From the IMG/VR virus record IMGVR_UViG_3300024272_001997: a stretch of DNA of 64,000 nucleotides, one strand, 5' to 3'. The first letter of the stretch is position 1. The number at the start of each line of letters is the position of its first letter. The notes beneath the pieces were generated by a model. It searched no databases. It had not been told where the DNA came from and saw only the letters and a program-made list of their open reading frames with translations. Shown piece after piece: positions 15,504 through 23,664 of the stretch. This stretch comes from a virus. Taxonomy: Duplodnaviria > Heunggongvirae > Uroviricota > Caudoviricetes. A program made the position numbers and the translations under genes.

Positions 15504-15944
15504 TCAGATTTCTCTGAGAATTTCCATGATGTTCTGTACATCGTGGGGGATGCCAGTCCATCCAGTTCTGTTCCGTTCCTCATCATCGAACAGAATGTCG
15601 AGAGGGGTTCGGCAGAACATTTCCTTAGGAGTGCCATAGGGAACGATGTTGATTTCATCCCAATGGACGGAGGGCAGATGTTCCGCAAGCCAGACCTTTT
15701 TGACTTCGGTAACTCTTGCGTTGTACTCTTTGCTTCCGCTCTTGGAAGTCCAGGAGATAACGGAGAGCCGATAGCCTTGCTTCTGGAGTGCGTTCAGCTT
15801 GCGAGCCAGAGCGGAGAGGTTCAGCAGAGGTTTTGCGATTGCGTAGGGAGTGGTATCTTCAGCTTCCAGATAGGGGAGCCAGTTCTTGACACCGTAGAGG
15901 TCAGCGATTGTGCCGTCCATGTCGAAGTTAATTGTAACAGTCAT
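15504..15944 (-). CDS. HAD-superfamily 5'(3')-deoxyribonucleotidase-like protein (146 aa)
   Basis: Track ORF; N-terminal FDMDGTIADL (DxDGT motif I); size and motifs fit the NT5C family. Confidence 0.65.
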   Translation of the reverse strand: MTVTINFDMDGTIADLYGVKNWLPYLEAEDTTPYAIAKPLLNLSALARKLNALQKQGYRLSVISWTSKSGSKEYNARVTEVKKVWLAEHLPSVHWDEINIVPYGTPKEMFCRTPLDILFDDEERNRTGWTGIPHDVQNIMEILREI

Positions 15945-15994
15945 TTGATTCAGTTCCTTTCCTTTTTTGTACCTTAATTATAACACGGAATACC

Positions 15995-16195
15995 TCATTT
16001 GTCAAGAGGTATTCCAACAATTTTTCTGATTTCTTCATCTTTTTTGTAGTGTGTGAAAGACTTGTCAAAGCAACATTCCACGATCCACAAATCATCTCCG
16101 GTGGAGTAGTTCACGACTTTCCACATTGTACCATGTTCGGGGAACACCAGACCGCACCGCACATGAGTCAGGGATCTACATTTAATTTTATCCAT
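15995..16195 (-). CDS. hypothetical protein (66 aa)
   Basis: Track ORF; AAGAGGTGAGATAA-ATG. Confidence 0.5.
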   Translation of the reverse strand: MDKIKCRSLTHVRCGLVFPEHGTMWKVVNYSTGDDLWIVECCFDKSFTHYKKDEEIRKIVGIPLDK

Positions 16196-16250
16196 TTATC
16201 TCACCTCTTGATTATTGTATCATAGTTTGGAGATTTTGTCAAGCCCTTTT

Positions 16251-16811
16251 TTAGTAGGGCTTGGCAACTCTCTTTGCTTCCTTGGGGTCAATCAGAACAC
16301 CAACAAAGCGGTCATTCAGCTGATAGGCTTCTTCATACTTGCCGATGAAATAAGCACGCATCCGACTTTCACAGGCGATTGTGGCGGAGAGGTTGTGGCA
16401 GGGTTCGCACATTACAACTTCAAGCCGAACTTTTGCACCTGCCAACTTTTCATACTCGGCGACTTCCTGCTGAAATCTTTCCTGCGGTTGTTCGCTTGTA
16501 CCAATCTTGCTTGCGTACAGCAGACCAGATTCCACAAAGTACACATGGAGCAGATAGCAAGCAGAGCCGAACACTTCCCGCACCTTCCAATCAATGTAAT
16601 GCTTGGTGTGGTTGGTTCTACCTCTTCCGCACTTAAAAGCGACCTTGTCTTTTTCCTTGACGGTGAACCGCTTCATCCATGCTTCATACTGATTTGCCTT
16701 GTAAGCGGTCAGAACTGCTTTCCATGCCTTCTGGATGTGTCCTGCGGACAAGCCTGCGTTCTTACGGCGATTGTATTCTTTTACCAGACCCTCAAAAATA
16801 ACCTCATTCAT
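16251..16811 (-). CDS. hypothetical protein (186 aa); weak GIY-YIG-like segment
   Basis: Track ORF trimmed to MNEVIFEGL with AAGAGGAACACAAA RBS; VYFVESGLLYASKIGTS...ERFQQE loosely resembles GIY-YIG. Confidence 0.55.
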   Translation of the reverse strand: MNEVIFEGLVKEYNRRKNAGLSAGHIQKAWKAVLTAYKANQYEAWMKRFTVKEKDKVAFKCGRGRTNHTKHYIDWKVREVFGSACYLLHVYFVESGLLYASKIGTSEQPQERFQQEVAEYEKLAGAKVRLEVVMCEPCHNLSATIACESRMRAYFIGKYEEAYQLNDRFVGVLIDPKEAKRVAKPY

Positions 16812-16930
16812 TTTGTGTTCCTCTTTCCGGGTTGCCCCTTGATTTATAAGCCTAGTATACACTATAAATCACGATTTGTCAAGCATTATTTTGGGATTTT
16901 TCAAAAAAAGTTTTTTGTGCAAATTGCCTA

Positions 16931-16959
16931 TTGACAAATTGGCTGGGCTGTGGTATAAT
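16931..16959 (+). promoter_or_regulatory. orphan consensus promoter on plus strand
   Basis: TTGACAaattggctgggctgtggTATAAT. Confidence 0.6.
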
Positions 16960-16965
16960 GGAAAT

Positions 16966-17030
16966 AACGCGCCGGCTGGGTCGTGGGCGGCGCGCCGAAA
17001 AATAAAGTGAGAATTTCTTCTCACTTTACA
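16966..17030 (+). ncRNA. candidate small RNA: hairpin CGCGCCG-13nt-CGGCGCG then CCGAAAAA then terminator AAGTGAGAAtttcTTCTCACTT
   Basis: Third intact copy of the cassette. Confidence 0.3.
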
Positions 17031-17208
17031 GCTTGGTTCCAGAAGGTGACCGGAAAATCATTTCAGTTTTCTTGTATGTGATTTCTGCGGTGGCTCCGCA
17101 ACCACATTTGAATTTGCGATACAGCTGATGGGAAGTTTCTCCCTCGTAAACTACCTTGAACTGTGCGGTGCTTCCGCAATTAGGACATCTCTCAACCATT
17201 ATTATCAT
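17026..17208 (-). CDS. zinc-ribbon protein (60 aa)
   Basis: Track ORF trimmed to Met downstream of TSS; CPNCG...CGCG. Confidence 0.5.
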   Translation of the reverse strand: MIIMVERCPNCGSTAQFKVVYEGETSHQLYRKFKCGCGATAEITYKKTEMIFRSPSGTKL

Positions 17209-17255
17209 TTCCTTTCCTTTTGTTGTACTTATTATACCATGTAATTGGGGATTTG

Positions 17256-17534
17256 TCAATCCCCAATTTCACAACATTCGTAAGTATTTTGCGGGATGAT
17301 GCAGTCCATCACATCAAACTTCTGTGCGTTGCCATGAATGAGATAGACATGAGCATTGGGAAACTCCCTCTGAATGTCTTCCAGATAATTGTAGAAGCCA
17401 TTACACAGTTGTTCAAACCGTTCCTGTCTTTCGTCAATGCGTTCCTCGCACATCTGAGCGAGTGCCCGCAACTGTTCTTTGTTCATGTTTTTGACATTGT
17501 CGCAGAGGTCTGCGAATCTAACTGGATTCAACAT
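17256..17534 (-). CDS. hypothetical protein (92 aa)
   Basis: Track ORF trimmed to Met after AAAGGAGAATGATACC. Confidence 0.55.
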   Translation of the reverse strand: MLNPVRFADLCDNVKNMNKEQLRALAQMCEERIDERQERFEQLCNGFYNYLEDIQREFPNAHVYLIHGNAQKFDVMDCIIPQNTYECCEIGD

Positions 17535-17539
17535 GGTAT

Positions 17540-17686
17540 CATTCTCCTTTCTTGAACTTCTGGCGATTGTATCGCTTGCCACTTTCTACCTTGCTTCCTC
17601 TCTTGCGGAAGTTCAGCCACTGCTGAAGTTCTTCGCCCTCTTTCTTGAATACTCGGCGATCCAGTTCCTTTTTCTTCTTTGCCATT
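17540..17686 (-). CDS. small basic protein (48 aa, Lys/Arg-rich)
   Basis: AAGGAGTTGACAACA-ATG; MAKKKKELDRRVFKKEGEELQQWLNFRKRGSKVESGKRYNRQKFKKGE; below track cut-off; class-1 promoter at about 17716-17744. Confidence 0.45.
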
Positions 17687-17763
17687 GTTGTCAACTCCTT
17701 TGTTTTTCTATAAATATTATAACATACTTTTTATTTATTGTCAAGGGGAATTTTTCATTCCCC

Positions 17764-18078
17764 TTACATTCTCAGCAGAAACGCATACTTTTCATTGTTC
17801 TTGCGGACTCTGTTCTTCAATGCCACAGGCATCTTTTCATTGTAGTAGAAGGAAGAAACCTGAGCCATCGTTCCCATGTATCCGGTGATGAGGGTATCAT
17901 CCTTGACTACCAAAATGATTCCGGTATCAGTCAGCTTTCTGGTTGCGTATTCGCCATGCCGGTAGCTTGTCTGTTCTCTGATGATTTCATTGAATCCCAG
18001 ATGTTGGATGCAAGCGGTGAGTCTGTCAATCCGTTCTTCCTTAGCGTGGTAGGTCATTTCAAATCTCATAGTAGCCAT
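17764..18078 (-). CDS. hypothetical protein (104 aa)
   Basis: Track ORF; AAAGGAGATAAAAACA-ATG. Confidence 0.55.
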   Translation of the reverse strand: MATMRFEMTYHAKEERIDRLTACIQHLGFNEIIREQTSYRHGEYATRKLTDTGIILVVKDDTLITGYMGTMAQVSSFYYNEKMPVALKNRVRKNNEKYAFLLRM

Positions 18079-18164
18079 TGTTTTTATCTCCTTTTGTTTT
18101 CCTTTTTTGTACCTTTATTATAACATGAGTTTCGGGATTTGTCAAGGGGTTTTTTATTTATTTT

Positions 18165-18344
18165 TCAAAACCCCATCAGACAGAACAGAATCATAACAAC
18201 CAGACCTGTGAGGGTCAGACCCAAGGCCGCAAGGAAGTTTTCAAACATTTGCTTGTAATTCTTGCGATTGTCCACAGGACACCAGTCTGCGTAATAGATG
18301 TTCCGGCAGATGCGGAAGCGGATGTATTTGAACAGTTTCTTCAT
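18165..18344 (-). CDS. small membrane protein (59 aa)
   Basis: Track ORF trimmed to Met after AGAGGAG; C-terminal TM helix. Confidence 0.45.
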   Translation of the reverse strand: MKKLFKYIRFRICRNIYYADWCPVDNRKNYKQMFENFLAALGLTLTGLVVMILFCLMGF

Positions 18345-18411
18345 GGCTCTTGGCTCCTCTCTTTTGTTGTCTTCATTATAACACAAAAGAGGCTTGTTGT
18401 CAAGCCCCTTT

Positions 18412-18687
18412 TTAGAAAATTCTAATAATTTCATCGTCGTAAATGTCATTTGTACCCATGTCATCAAACTCAATCCAGACCTGCTGCCCCAGTTCGAAGG
18501 ATTCTCCCTCTTCCAGTTCCCAGACCCAGACCTCGCCAGAAGCATCCTCAAAAGCAACAGCCTCTGCATTGACTTCGCACACAGTAGCACTTACTTCATT
18601 AGCATCACTGTAGAGACAGTCTACGAGCATCCATCCGCACACCATAGCCAGAGCCAGCATTCCTACGCACAGTACTTTTCTAATCAT
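18412..18687 (-). CDS. secreted/membrane-anchored acidic protein (91 aa)
   Basis: Track ORF trimmed to Met after GAAGGAGATAATGACA; N-terminal hydrophobic signal. Confidence 0.5.
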   Translation of the reverse strand: MIRKVLCVGMLALAMVCGWMLVDCLYSDANEVSATVCEVNAEAVAFEDASGEVWVWELEEGESFELGQQVWIEFDDMGTNDIYDDEIIRIF

Positions 18688-18851
18688 TGTCATTATCTCC
18701 TTCGTTGTTTGTACCTGTATTGTATCATGAATTATGGGATTTGTCAATCGTCAAAATACACAAAAGAATTGCGTTTTTTATTTGCTGAGTTGTGCATTTC
18801 GCCGAAGTCTAGGCAGGTGGCGGTCGTGTGCGGAGACAAGTAAAGGTCTGC

Positions 18852-19070
18852 TTATTTGCAGACCTTCATGATTAGTCTCTCATAGCTTAGTCCTGCCACA
18901 GCACACAGAGACCGCAGGTTCTCTTTGACGTACAGCTTCTCTGCATAGGCAAGTGTGCCCTTCGGCTTGTCCATCATGCGCATGATGTAGTTGTACTGAT
19001 AGGTCTCGCGCAGGCTAGGCTTGCGCTCTGTGATGATGTCGAGCATCTTGTTGATGGCTGTCTTGTTCAT
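18852..19070 (-). CDS. hypothetical protein (72 aa)
   Basis: Track ORF; AAAGGAGGCACACACA-ATG. Confidence 0.5.
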   Translation of the reverse strand: MNKTAINKMLDIITERKPSLRETYQYNYIMRMMDKPKGTLAYAEKLYVKENLRSLCAVAGLSYERLIMKVCK

Positions 19071-19083
19071 TGTGTGTGCCTCC

Positions 19084-19251
19084 TTTACTTGATGGTGATG
19101 GTGGTGTGCTTGGTGTACTTGCTAGTCTTTACATCTACGATGGTATCCTGGTAGGCTCTGTTGCTGATGCTGTGGAACTCTACGGTGGTGTTCTTGTCTT
19201 CTACCTTGTTCAGCAGAGCGATCAGTTCAGCGACGGTCATGGTGTTCTTCA
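19084..19251 (-). CDS. hypothetical protein (55 aa)
   Basis: GTAAAGGAGATACACACT-ATG; MKNTMTVAELIALLNKVEDKNTTVEFHSISNRAYQDTIVDVKTSKYTKHTTITIK; below track cut-off. Confidence 0.4.
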
Positions 19252-19424
19252 TAGTGTGTATCTCCTTTACTCTTGGGTTGTGTCCCTCTCTCTTTGTGTC
19301 TTTATTATAACATTACAGGAGTTATTTGTCAAGCTTTTTTTTATTATTTTACACACTTTTTTTTCTACAGCCTAGCCCTACGGGCCAGTTAGGGAGCCTG
19401 TGGGTCGTGGTCGGTGGCTACTCC

Positions 19425-19796
19425 TTACAGAGTAGCCATTACCTTAGCAAGCTCTTCAGTACTCATGCTCTTGTAGTGTTCCATGATAGCCTTGAGCATC
19501 TTGTTGCGCTTAGTCTCTTCTTCTCTCTCTGTGTTGCGCTGTGCTCTGTACTCGTCACGCTCAGCCTCTGTGTCGAACCACGTGTACTGTCCGTAGAGGT
19601 AGCCAACCTTCTTGCCCTGTGCGGTGTAGATGTTGATGATGCCTTTGTTGTTGTTGATGTACATGACCTCGGACCAACCACCTTCGTTGTGGATGTCATA
19701 GATGTTACGCTTGGGGATGTTGTGGGCTTCGATGTAGTCCTTGGTGTAGAGCTTCTGTCCGTTGATGTGGTACAGTTCGTTTACGTTGTGCATCAT
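19425..19796 (-). CDS. hypothetical protein (123 aa)
   Basis: Track ORF; AAAGGAGATAATCACT-ATG; class-1 promoter at about 19850-19878. Confidence 0.55.
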   Translation of the reverse strand: MMHNVNELYHINGQKLYTKDYIEAHNIPKRNIYDIHNEGGWSEVMYINNNKGIINIYTAQGKKVGYLYGQYTWFDTEAERDEYRAQRNTEREEETKRNKMLKAIMEHYKSMSTEELAKVMATL

Positions 19797-20185
19797 AGTG
19801 ATTATCTCCTTTACTTTGTGAGGTGTGTTCCTCTGTTTTTTGTAGCTTTATTATAACACACGGGTGAGAGTTTGTCAAGGGGTTTTAGGAAATTTTTTTA
19901 TTATTTTTTTTCTTTGGAATGTGGCAAAATTTTCTCGAACCTCTCAAGATAACGCAAAATCGGCTCTGCGCGCACGTCGCCGAGCCGAGCAATTAGGGGG
20001 TGCTTTGTAGGGGGTGGGTATCTGTCATGTGTCAGAGAGTTTAGAGACATGGACAATAGACTCTGTATTTTCTGCCGGATGAAAAACCGGGGGTGTATTT
20101 CGGGAAAAACTTTTTTTTCGATAGGCCAAAACTTTTGCGCTGGGCAATACAATCTTGAAATCAATTTTCAATTTCGGAATACGAT

Positions 20186-20226
20186 TCTGGGATAAAAAAA
20201 AGGAGAACGGTATTTTACCATTCTCC
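20186..20226 (-). terminator. rho-independent terminator of leftward operon 22364-20235
   Basis: Minus strand AGGAGAAtggtaaaataccgTTCTCCT followed by TTTTTTTTT. Confidence 0.65.
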
Positions 20227-20234
20227 TCAAATTT

Positions 20235-20738
20235 TTACTGGCGCGCAAATGTGACTGCCGTCGCACTGGTTGGGTCGGCGCAATTGCTTGTAACATATGT
20301 AATTGTATCGTTCATAACGCTCCAATTAGCCTCTGTGTTTCCCAAGATTCGTCTCAATACTTCCTCGTCCAATGTTACACTGAAGGAGTCCCCTGGCATC
20401 GCGTAGGCAGAGGCCGCCGCAAGCGTCTCTTCTTCTCTTGGATCTTCAAAGACAGTATTCATTCTGGCAAAATAGTGCCAAACATATCCATATCTATCTT
20501 CGCAAGTTCCAATGTAGTCGCAATCCATCCAAACCTCGTCCGGTAAATCCCAACCGGTACCCCAGGCCACAATATCCCAACTTCTCTTGGCGTGGCGATT
20601 ATTGCCATCCAAATCTACAACACCCCAGACCGTTGGTAAATTATCCTGGAGTCCTACATGCAGCCAATCAATAACATGGTCATTGATAGTCACAACTTCG
20701 CCATCTCTTGGCAGTCTATACTTATAAATTTTCTGCAT
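20235..20738 (-). CDS. hypothetical protein (167 aa)
   Basis: Track ORF; 17-nt overlap with upstream AbrB-like gene. Confidence 0.6.
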   Translation of the reverse strand: MQKIYKYRLPRDGEVVTINDHVIDWLHVGLQDNLPTVWGVVDLDGNNRHAKRSWDIVAWGTGWDLPDEVWMDCDYIGTCEDRYGYVWHYFARMNTVFEDPREEETLAAASAYAMPGDSFSVTLDEEVLRRILGNTEANWSVMNDTITYVTSNCADPTSATAVTFARQ

Positions 20739-20976
20739 TTTGCTTTTCCCTTTCAGCCTCAGTTGCTTCTTTATCCAATCTTACACATAAAAACCAGCTA
20801 TTGTCAATAAAAGCAGTAAAATATTCTACTCTATCGCCAATTTCAATTTGGAACTTATTTCTCAAATGCGCCGGGATGATAATTCGACCAGAACCGTCAA
20901 CCTTGTAATTCATGTTCTCAGGAATCAACTGAACACCATTAATCCATCCGCTTTGTGGCATTGGTACAACCTCCAT
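20722..20976 (-). CDS. AbrB/MazE/SpoVT-family swapped-hairpin DNA-binding protein (84 aa)
   Basis: Track ORF; GRIIIPAHLRNKFQIEIGDRVE matches the AbrB/MazE domain signature. Confidence 0.6.
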   Translation of the reverse strand: MEVVPMPQSGWINGVQLIPENMNYKVDGSGRIIIPAHLRNKFQIEIGDRVEYFTAFIDNSWFLCVRLDKEATEAEREKQNAENL

Positions 20977-21250
20977 TCTTATAGAAAATACACATCATGC
21001 TACAGTTTCCATCGCCTGTTTCGCACGGACTGTAACCATATTGTTCTATTAGATCCAGAATGTGCGGACAGCGCTCCACAAACATCCGGAAGTAATCATA
21101 TCCATACATATCTAAAATGCGGCGAGCCTTATAAAAATCTCGTTCTCGTCTGTAATCCTCGGTCATTGGATACCATGCGGCCGACATACGCTCACGAGAT
21201 CCTTCCCACATTTCTTCCACTTCTAATAAAATACTTACCCACTTATCCAT
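20939..21250 (-). CDS. hypothetical protein (103 aa)
   Basis: Track ORF overlapping both neighbours. Confidence 0.5.
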   Translation of the reverse strand: MDKWVSILLEVEEMWEGSRERMSAAWYPMTEDYRRERDFYKARRILDMYGYDYFRMFVERCPHILDLIEQYGYSPCETGDGNCSMMCIFYKNGGCTNATKRMD

Positions 21251-22022
21251 CCTTAAGCTCCTTAGCTTTCACAACATTTTCCAAGAGAGCCAATCGTGTC
21301 AATAAACCAACACCTCCGGGGACTGGAGTTACATTGCGCCCCTCGGTATTGTAACAATCTCCAACTAGCTTTCCATCTACAAAATTTATGCCCACATCGA
21401 CAACTGGAACATGAATTGGATAACAATTCAAAAATCCCGGTTTGCCGACGGCGCTTACAATCAAATCACTACTATACAAATGATTTGACAATTTGGAATG
21501 ACTATGACACAAGGTGACCGTTGCGTCCCTATCAGTCATCATTTTTGCGAGAGGCTTACCGACAATATCACTTCTGCCGATAATCATGACTTCTTTACCT
21601 TCAAAATTGAAACCACAATAATCCAAATAATTCATAATTCCAAGAGGAGTTGCGGGTTGGAATAAACTATCACATCTAAATCCATCCACATCTTTTTCTC
21701 TGGGGATTGCGGCCTGCGCGACCTTGACGCGGATATGGGGCGGGAGTGGTAGTTGCACTATGACGCCGTCATAAAATTCAACCATATGCTCTAATTGGTC
21801 ATCTAATTCAAATTCAGTGGTTTCTGTGGGATAAAAATAAGTGTGTGCGGTGATGCCGATTTCATCACAATCTTTCATCTTATTTCTAATATAACGATTT
21901 GATGCTTCATTCTCACCAACTTGGACAATTGCTAGGGTGGGAGGAAATTCCATTTTAGAAACTTTTTCCTTCAACTCTTGTTTGCGTTCATTTACATAAC
22001 TCTTAATATCCTTTAGCTCCAT
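21243..22022 (-). CDS. folD: bifunctional 5,10-methylene-tetrahydrofolate dehydrogenase/cyclohydrolase
   Basis: Track ORF 259 aa; LAIVQVGENEASNRYIRNKMK, DGVIVQLPLPPHI, KDVDGF, IGRSDIVGKPLAKMM, DVGIN, PVPGGVGLLT all match conserved FolD motifs. Confidence 0.9.
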   Translation of the reverse strand: MELKDIKSYVNERKQELKEKVSKMEFPPTLAIVQVGENEASNRYIRNKMKDCDEIGITAHTYFYPTETTEFELDDQLEHMVEFYDGVIVQLPLPPHIRVKVAQAAIPREKDVDGFRCDSLFQPATPLGIMNYLDYCGFNFEGKEVMIIGRSDIVGKPLAKMMTDRDATVTLCHSHSKLSNHLYSSDLIVSAVGKPGFLNCYPIHVPVVDVGINFVDGKLVGDCYNTEGRNVTPVPGGVGLLTRLALLENVVKAKELKDG

Positions 22023-22227
22023 CGTCGCTCCATCCTTCCGGTAAAAAACAATCTAAAAGTGCCTCAAGCACATTTGCGGCCGCGAATATTGGGCCACCAA
22101 TAATGAAAATCAATCCTACTGCCAATCTATCACCTTCCGATAAATCTTTACACAAAGGTGCATATTCAATCATTGCCAGGAGCGACATAACAGCCCATAA
22201 AATGGTAATCACTATCGTTTGTGCCAT
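22003..22227 (-). CDS. small membrane protein (74 aa)
   Basis: Track ORF; two TM helices. Confidence 0.5.
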   Translation of the reverse strand: MAQTIVITILWAVMSLLAMIEYAPLCKDLSEGDRLAVGLIFIIGGPIFAAANVLEALLDCFLPEGWSDDGAKGY

Positions 22228-22364
22228 ATATATCCTTCCTTCGGAGTATACTCAGAAGTTACACTAAGATTATCGTAGGTATTTTTTGGCACTCTTGAAG
22301 TCCAAAAATAAAAAGCCGTTGCGGCGACCGTTATAAACATCCATAAGATTATTGTAATCTCCAC
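22212..22364 (-). CDS. small membrane protein (50 aa, GTG start); TAG is its stop
   Basis: AAAAGGAGTGTAAGA-GTG; VEITIILWMFITVAATAFYFW...; stop TAG at 22212-22214 overlaps next gene start. Confidence 0.35.
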   Translation of the reverse strand: MEITIILWMFITVAATAFYFWTSRVPKNTYDNLSVTSEYTPKEGYIWHKR

Positions 22365-22394
22365 TCTTACACTCCTTTTATTATTTTCTTATAA

Positions 22395-22430
22395 TTATTA
22401 TATCAAAAAATTTTTTCTTTGTCAAGTTTC
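22395..22430 (-). promoter_or_regulatory. class-2 promoter TTGACA-17-TATAAT (spacer aagaaaaaattttttga) for leftward folD operon
   Basis: Near-identical inverted copy of the rightward promoter at 22509-22540. Confidence 0.55.
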
Positions 22431-22508
22431 TTGTCCGAGGTCAAAACCTGTTTATCAAAAAATATTCTCTTTCATAAATAAAAAGTGTCAAAATTTTTCC
22501 GGAAAAAC

Positions 22509-22540
22509 TTGACAATGAAAAATTTTTCTGGTATAATAAT
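22509..22540 (+). promoter_or_regulatory. class-2 promoter TTGACA-17-TATAAT (spacer atgaaaaatttttctgg) for rightward late module
   Basis: Followed by GGAGGTAAGATAATC-ATG. Confidence 0.55.
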
Positions 22541-22567
22541 ATCAATGAGACTGGAGGTAAGATAATC

Positions 22568-23620
22568 ATGTTGAAATTAGATTATACTTTAGAATCTCCA
22601 GAAGAGAGAAGAGAATTGGTTGAAAAAATTCTAGCTGAAACCCCTAATCCCTCAGAGGCGTATCTAGAAACTTTAGCTGATTATCTAGTTCTCTGTATGG
22701 AGAAACAAGAGAAAAAGGAGCGCAAACTATTAACTGATAACCGTATGGCTACAGTCAATAAGCGAGAAACTTCTTATGAAGGTCTTGTTTCCCAGCTAGA
22801 GAATGGCGAAGACGGCATTTATAATATGATAACTAATAATAAGAATACGATTTTCCAGCCAAAAGTAATGATAACTAAACAAGATGTAGAAGAAATACCC
22901 GGTATGTAGCAATTGCGCGACGCCATCAAAATGTGGGAAACAAAATTAAAGAGTGCCTCCGGGCGAGAAGCATTTATTATTAAGAGTACAATTATTGAAT
23001 TGCGAAAAGATCAATATGTTTTGAAGAACGCTTATCGTAAACCAATTGTACCAACTAAAATCACTCGTTCAAGACACGATATTCCTTTAGATGATGATTT
23101 CTGGTTTGATGACGAAGGCTATATTGTTCCAGAGGGTGTTTCTTTATGTAATCCAAAAGTAGTCTCAGCAATTCTTTGTAACTACTCCTTATGTAAACAA
23201 GAAAGTTGGGGAGAGTTTGAAAAAGATTTATGGTACTTGATGGATGACTTTGACAGAGTTGCGGATGCTGCTTTGAAAAATTATCCATTGTATGAACGAA
23301 TTGTTGAGTATAAAATTGATGGATTACAAAATATTGATATTCAAGAAAAAATCCAAATGGAGTTTGGGATCAAGCATAGTTTGGAATATATCTCAAGTTT
23401 ATGGCGTAATAAAATTCCAAAGATCATTGCGTCCGAGGCGGAAGATAGACTCTTAAATTGGTACTTCATGAATGAAATGAAGGGCAAATACAAAAAGTGC
23501 AGTCGTTGCGGGCAAGTCAAATTAGCTCACAATAAATACTTTAGTAAAAATAAGACAAGCCGAGATGGTTTTTATAGCATTTGCAAATGCTGTAGAAATG
23601 CGAAGGCCAAAAGCGTGTAA
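22568..23620 (+). CDS. hypothetical protein (350 aa) with C-terminal Cys4 zinc finger; one in-frame TAG at 22907-22909
   Basis: Track ORFs 22568..22909 and 22913..23620 are in the same frame, separated only by TAG; ends CSRCGQ...CKCCRN. Confidence 0.55.
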
Positions 23621-23664
23621 TTCCTCGCTGCTATTTTCATATTTTGTAAAGGAGGAATTTATAT

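Larger units (their letters stand above)
6500..19880 (-). repeat. array of about 30 near-identical leftward expression cassettes (A-tract, CCTCTTGACAAA -35, 17-bp spacer, TGn-TATAAT, leader ggtacaaaaaaGGAAAGGAATTGATACTATG)
   Basis: -10/-35 pairs (minus strand) at about 6506, 7642, 8059, 8628, 9175, 9264, 10038, 10425, 10802, 11085, 11206, 11665, 12185, 12402, 12532, 13339, 14108, 14660, 14879, 15466, 15977, 16214, 16854, 17231, 17716, 18118, 18375, 18719, 19304, 19850. Confidence 0.8.

Noticed and set aside
6500-19880. Regularly spaced 30-40 bp repeats that might be read as a CRISPR array
   Set aside because: The repeats are TTGACA-17-TATAAT promoters spaced 300-700 bp apart with genes between them. 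Not 25-40-bp spacers.
19901-20164. 87-aa minus-strand ORF in the 19886-20186 gap
   Set aside because: No promoter cassette, no RBS, proline/basic low-complexity translation, and it lies across hairpins (CCGGatgaaaaaCCGG). More likely a non-coding spacer between the class-1 array and the folD-operon terminator.
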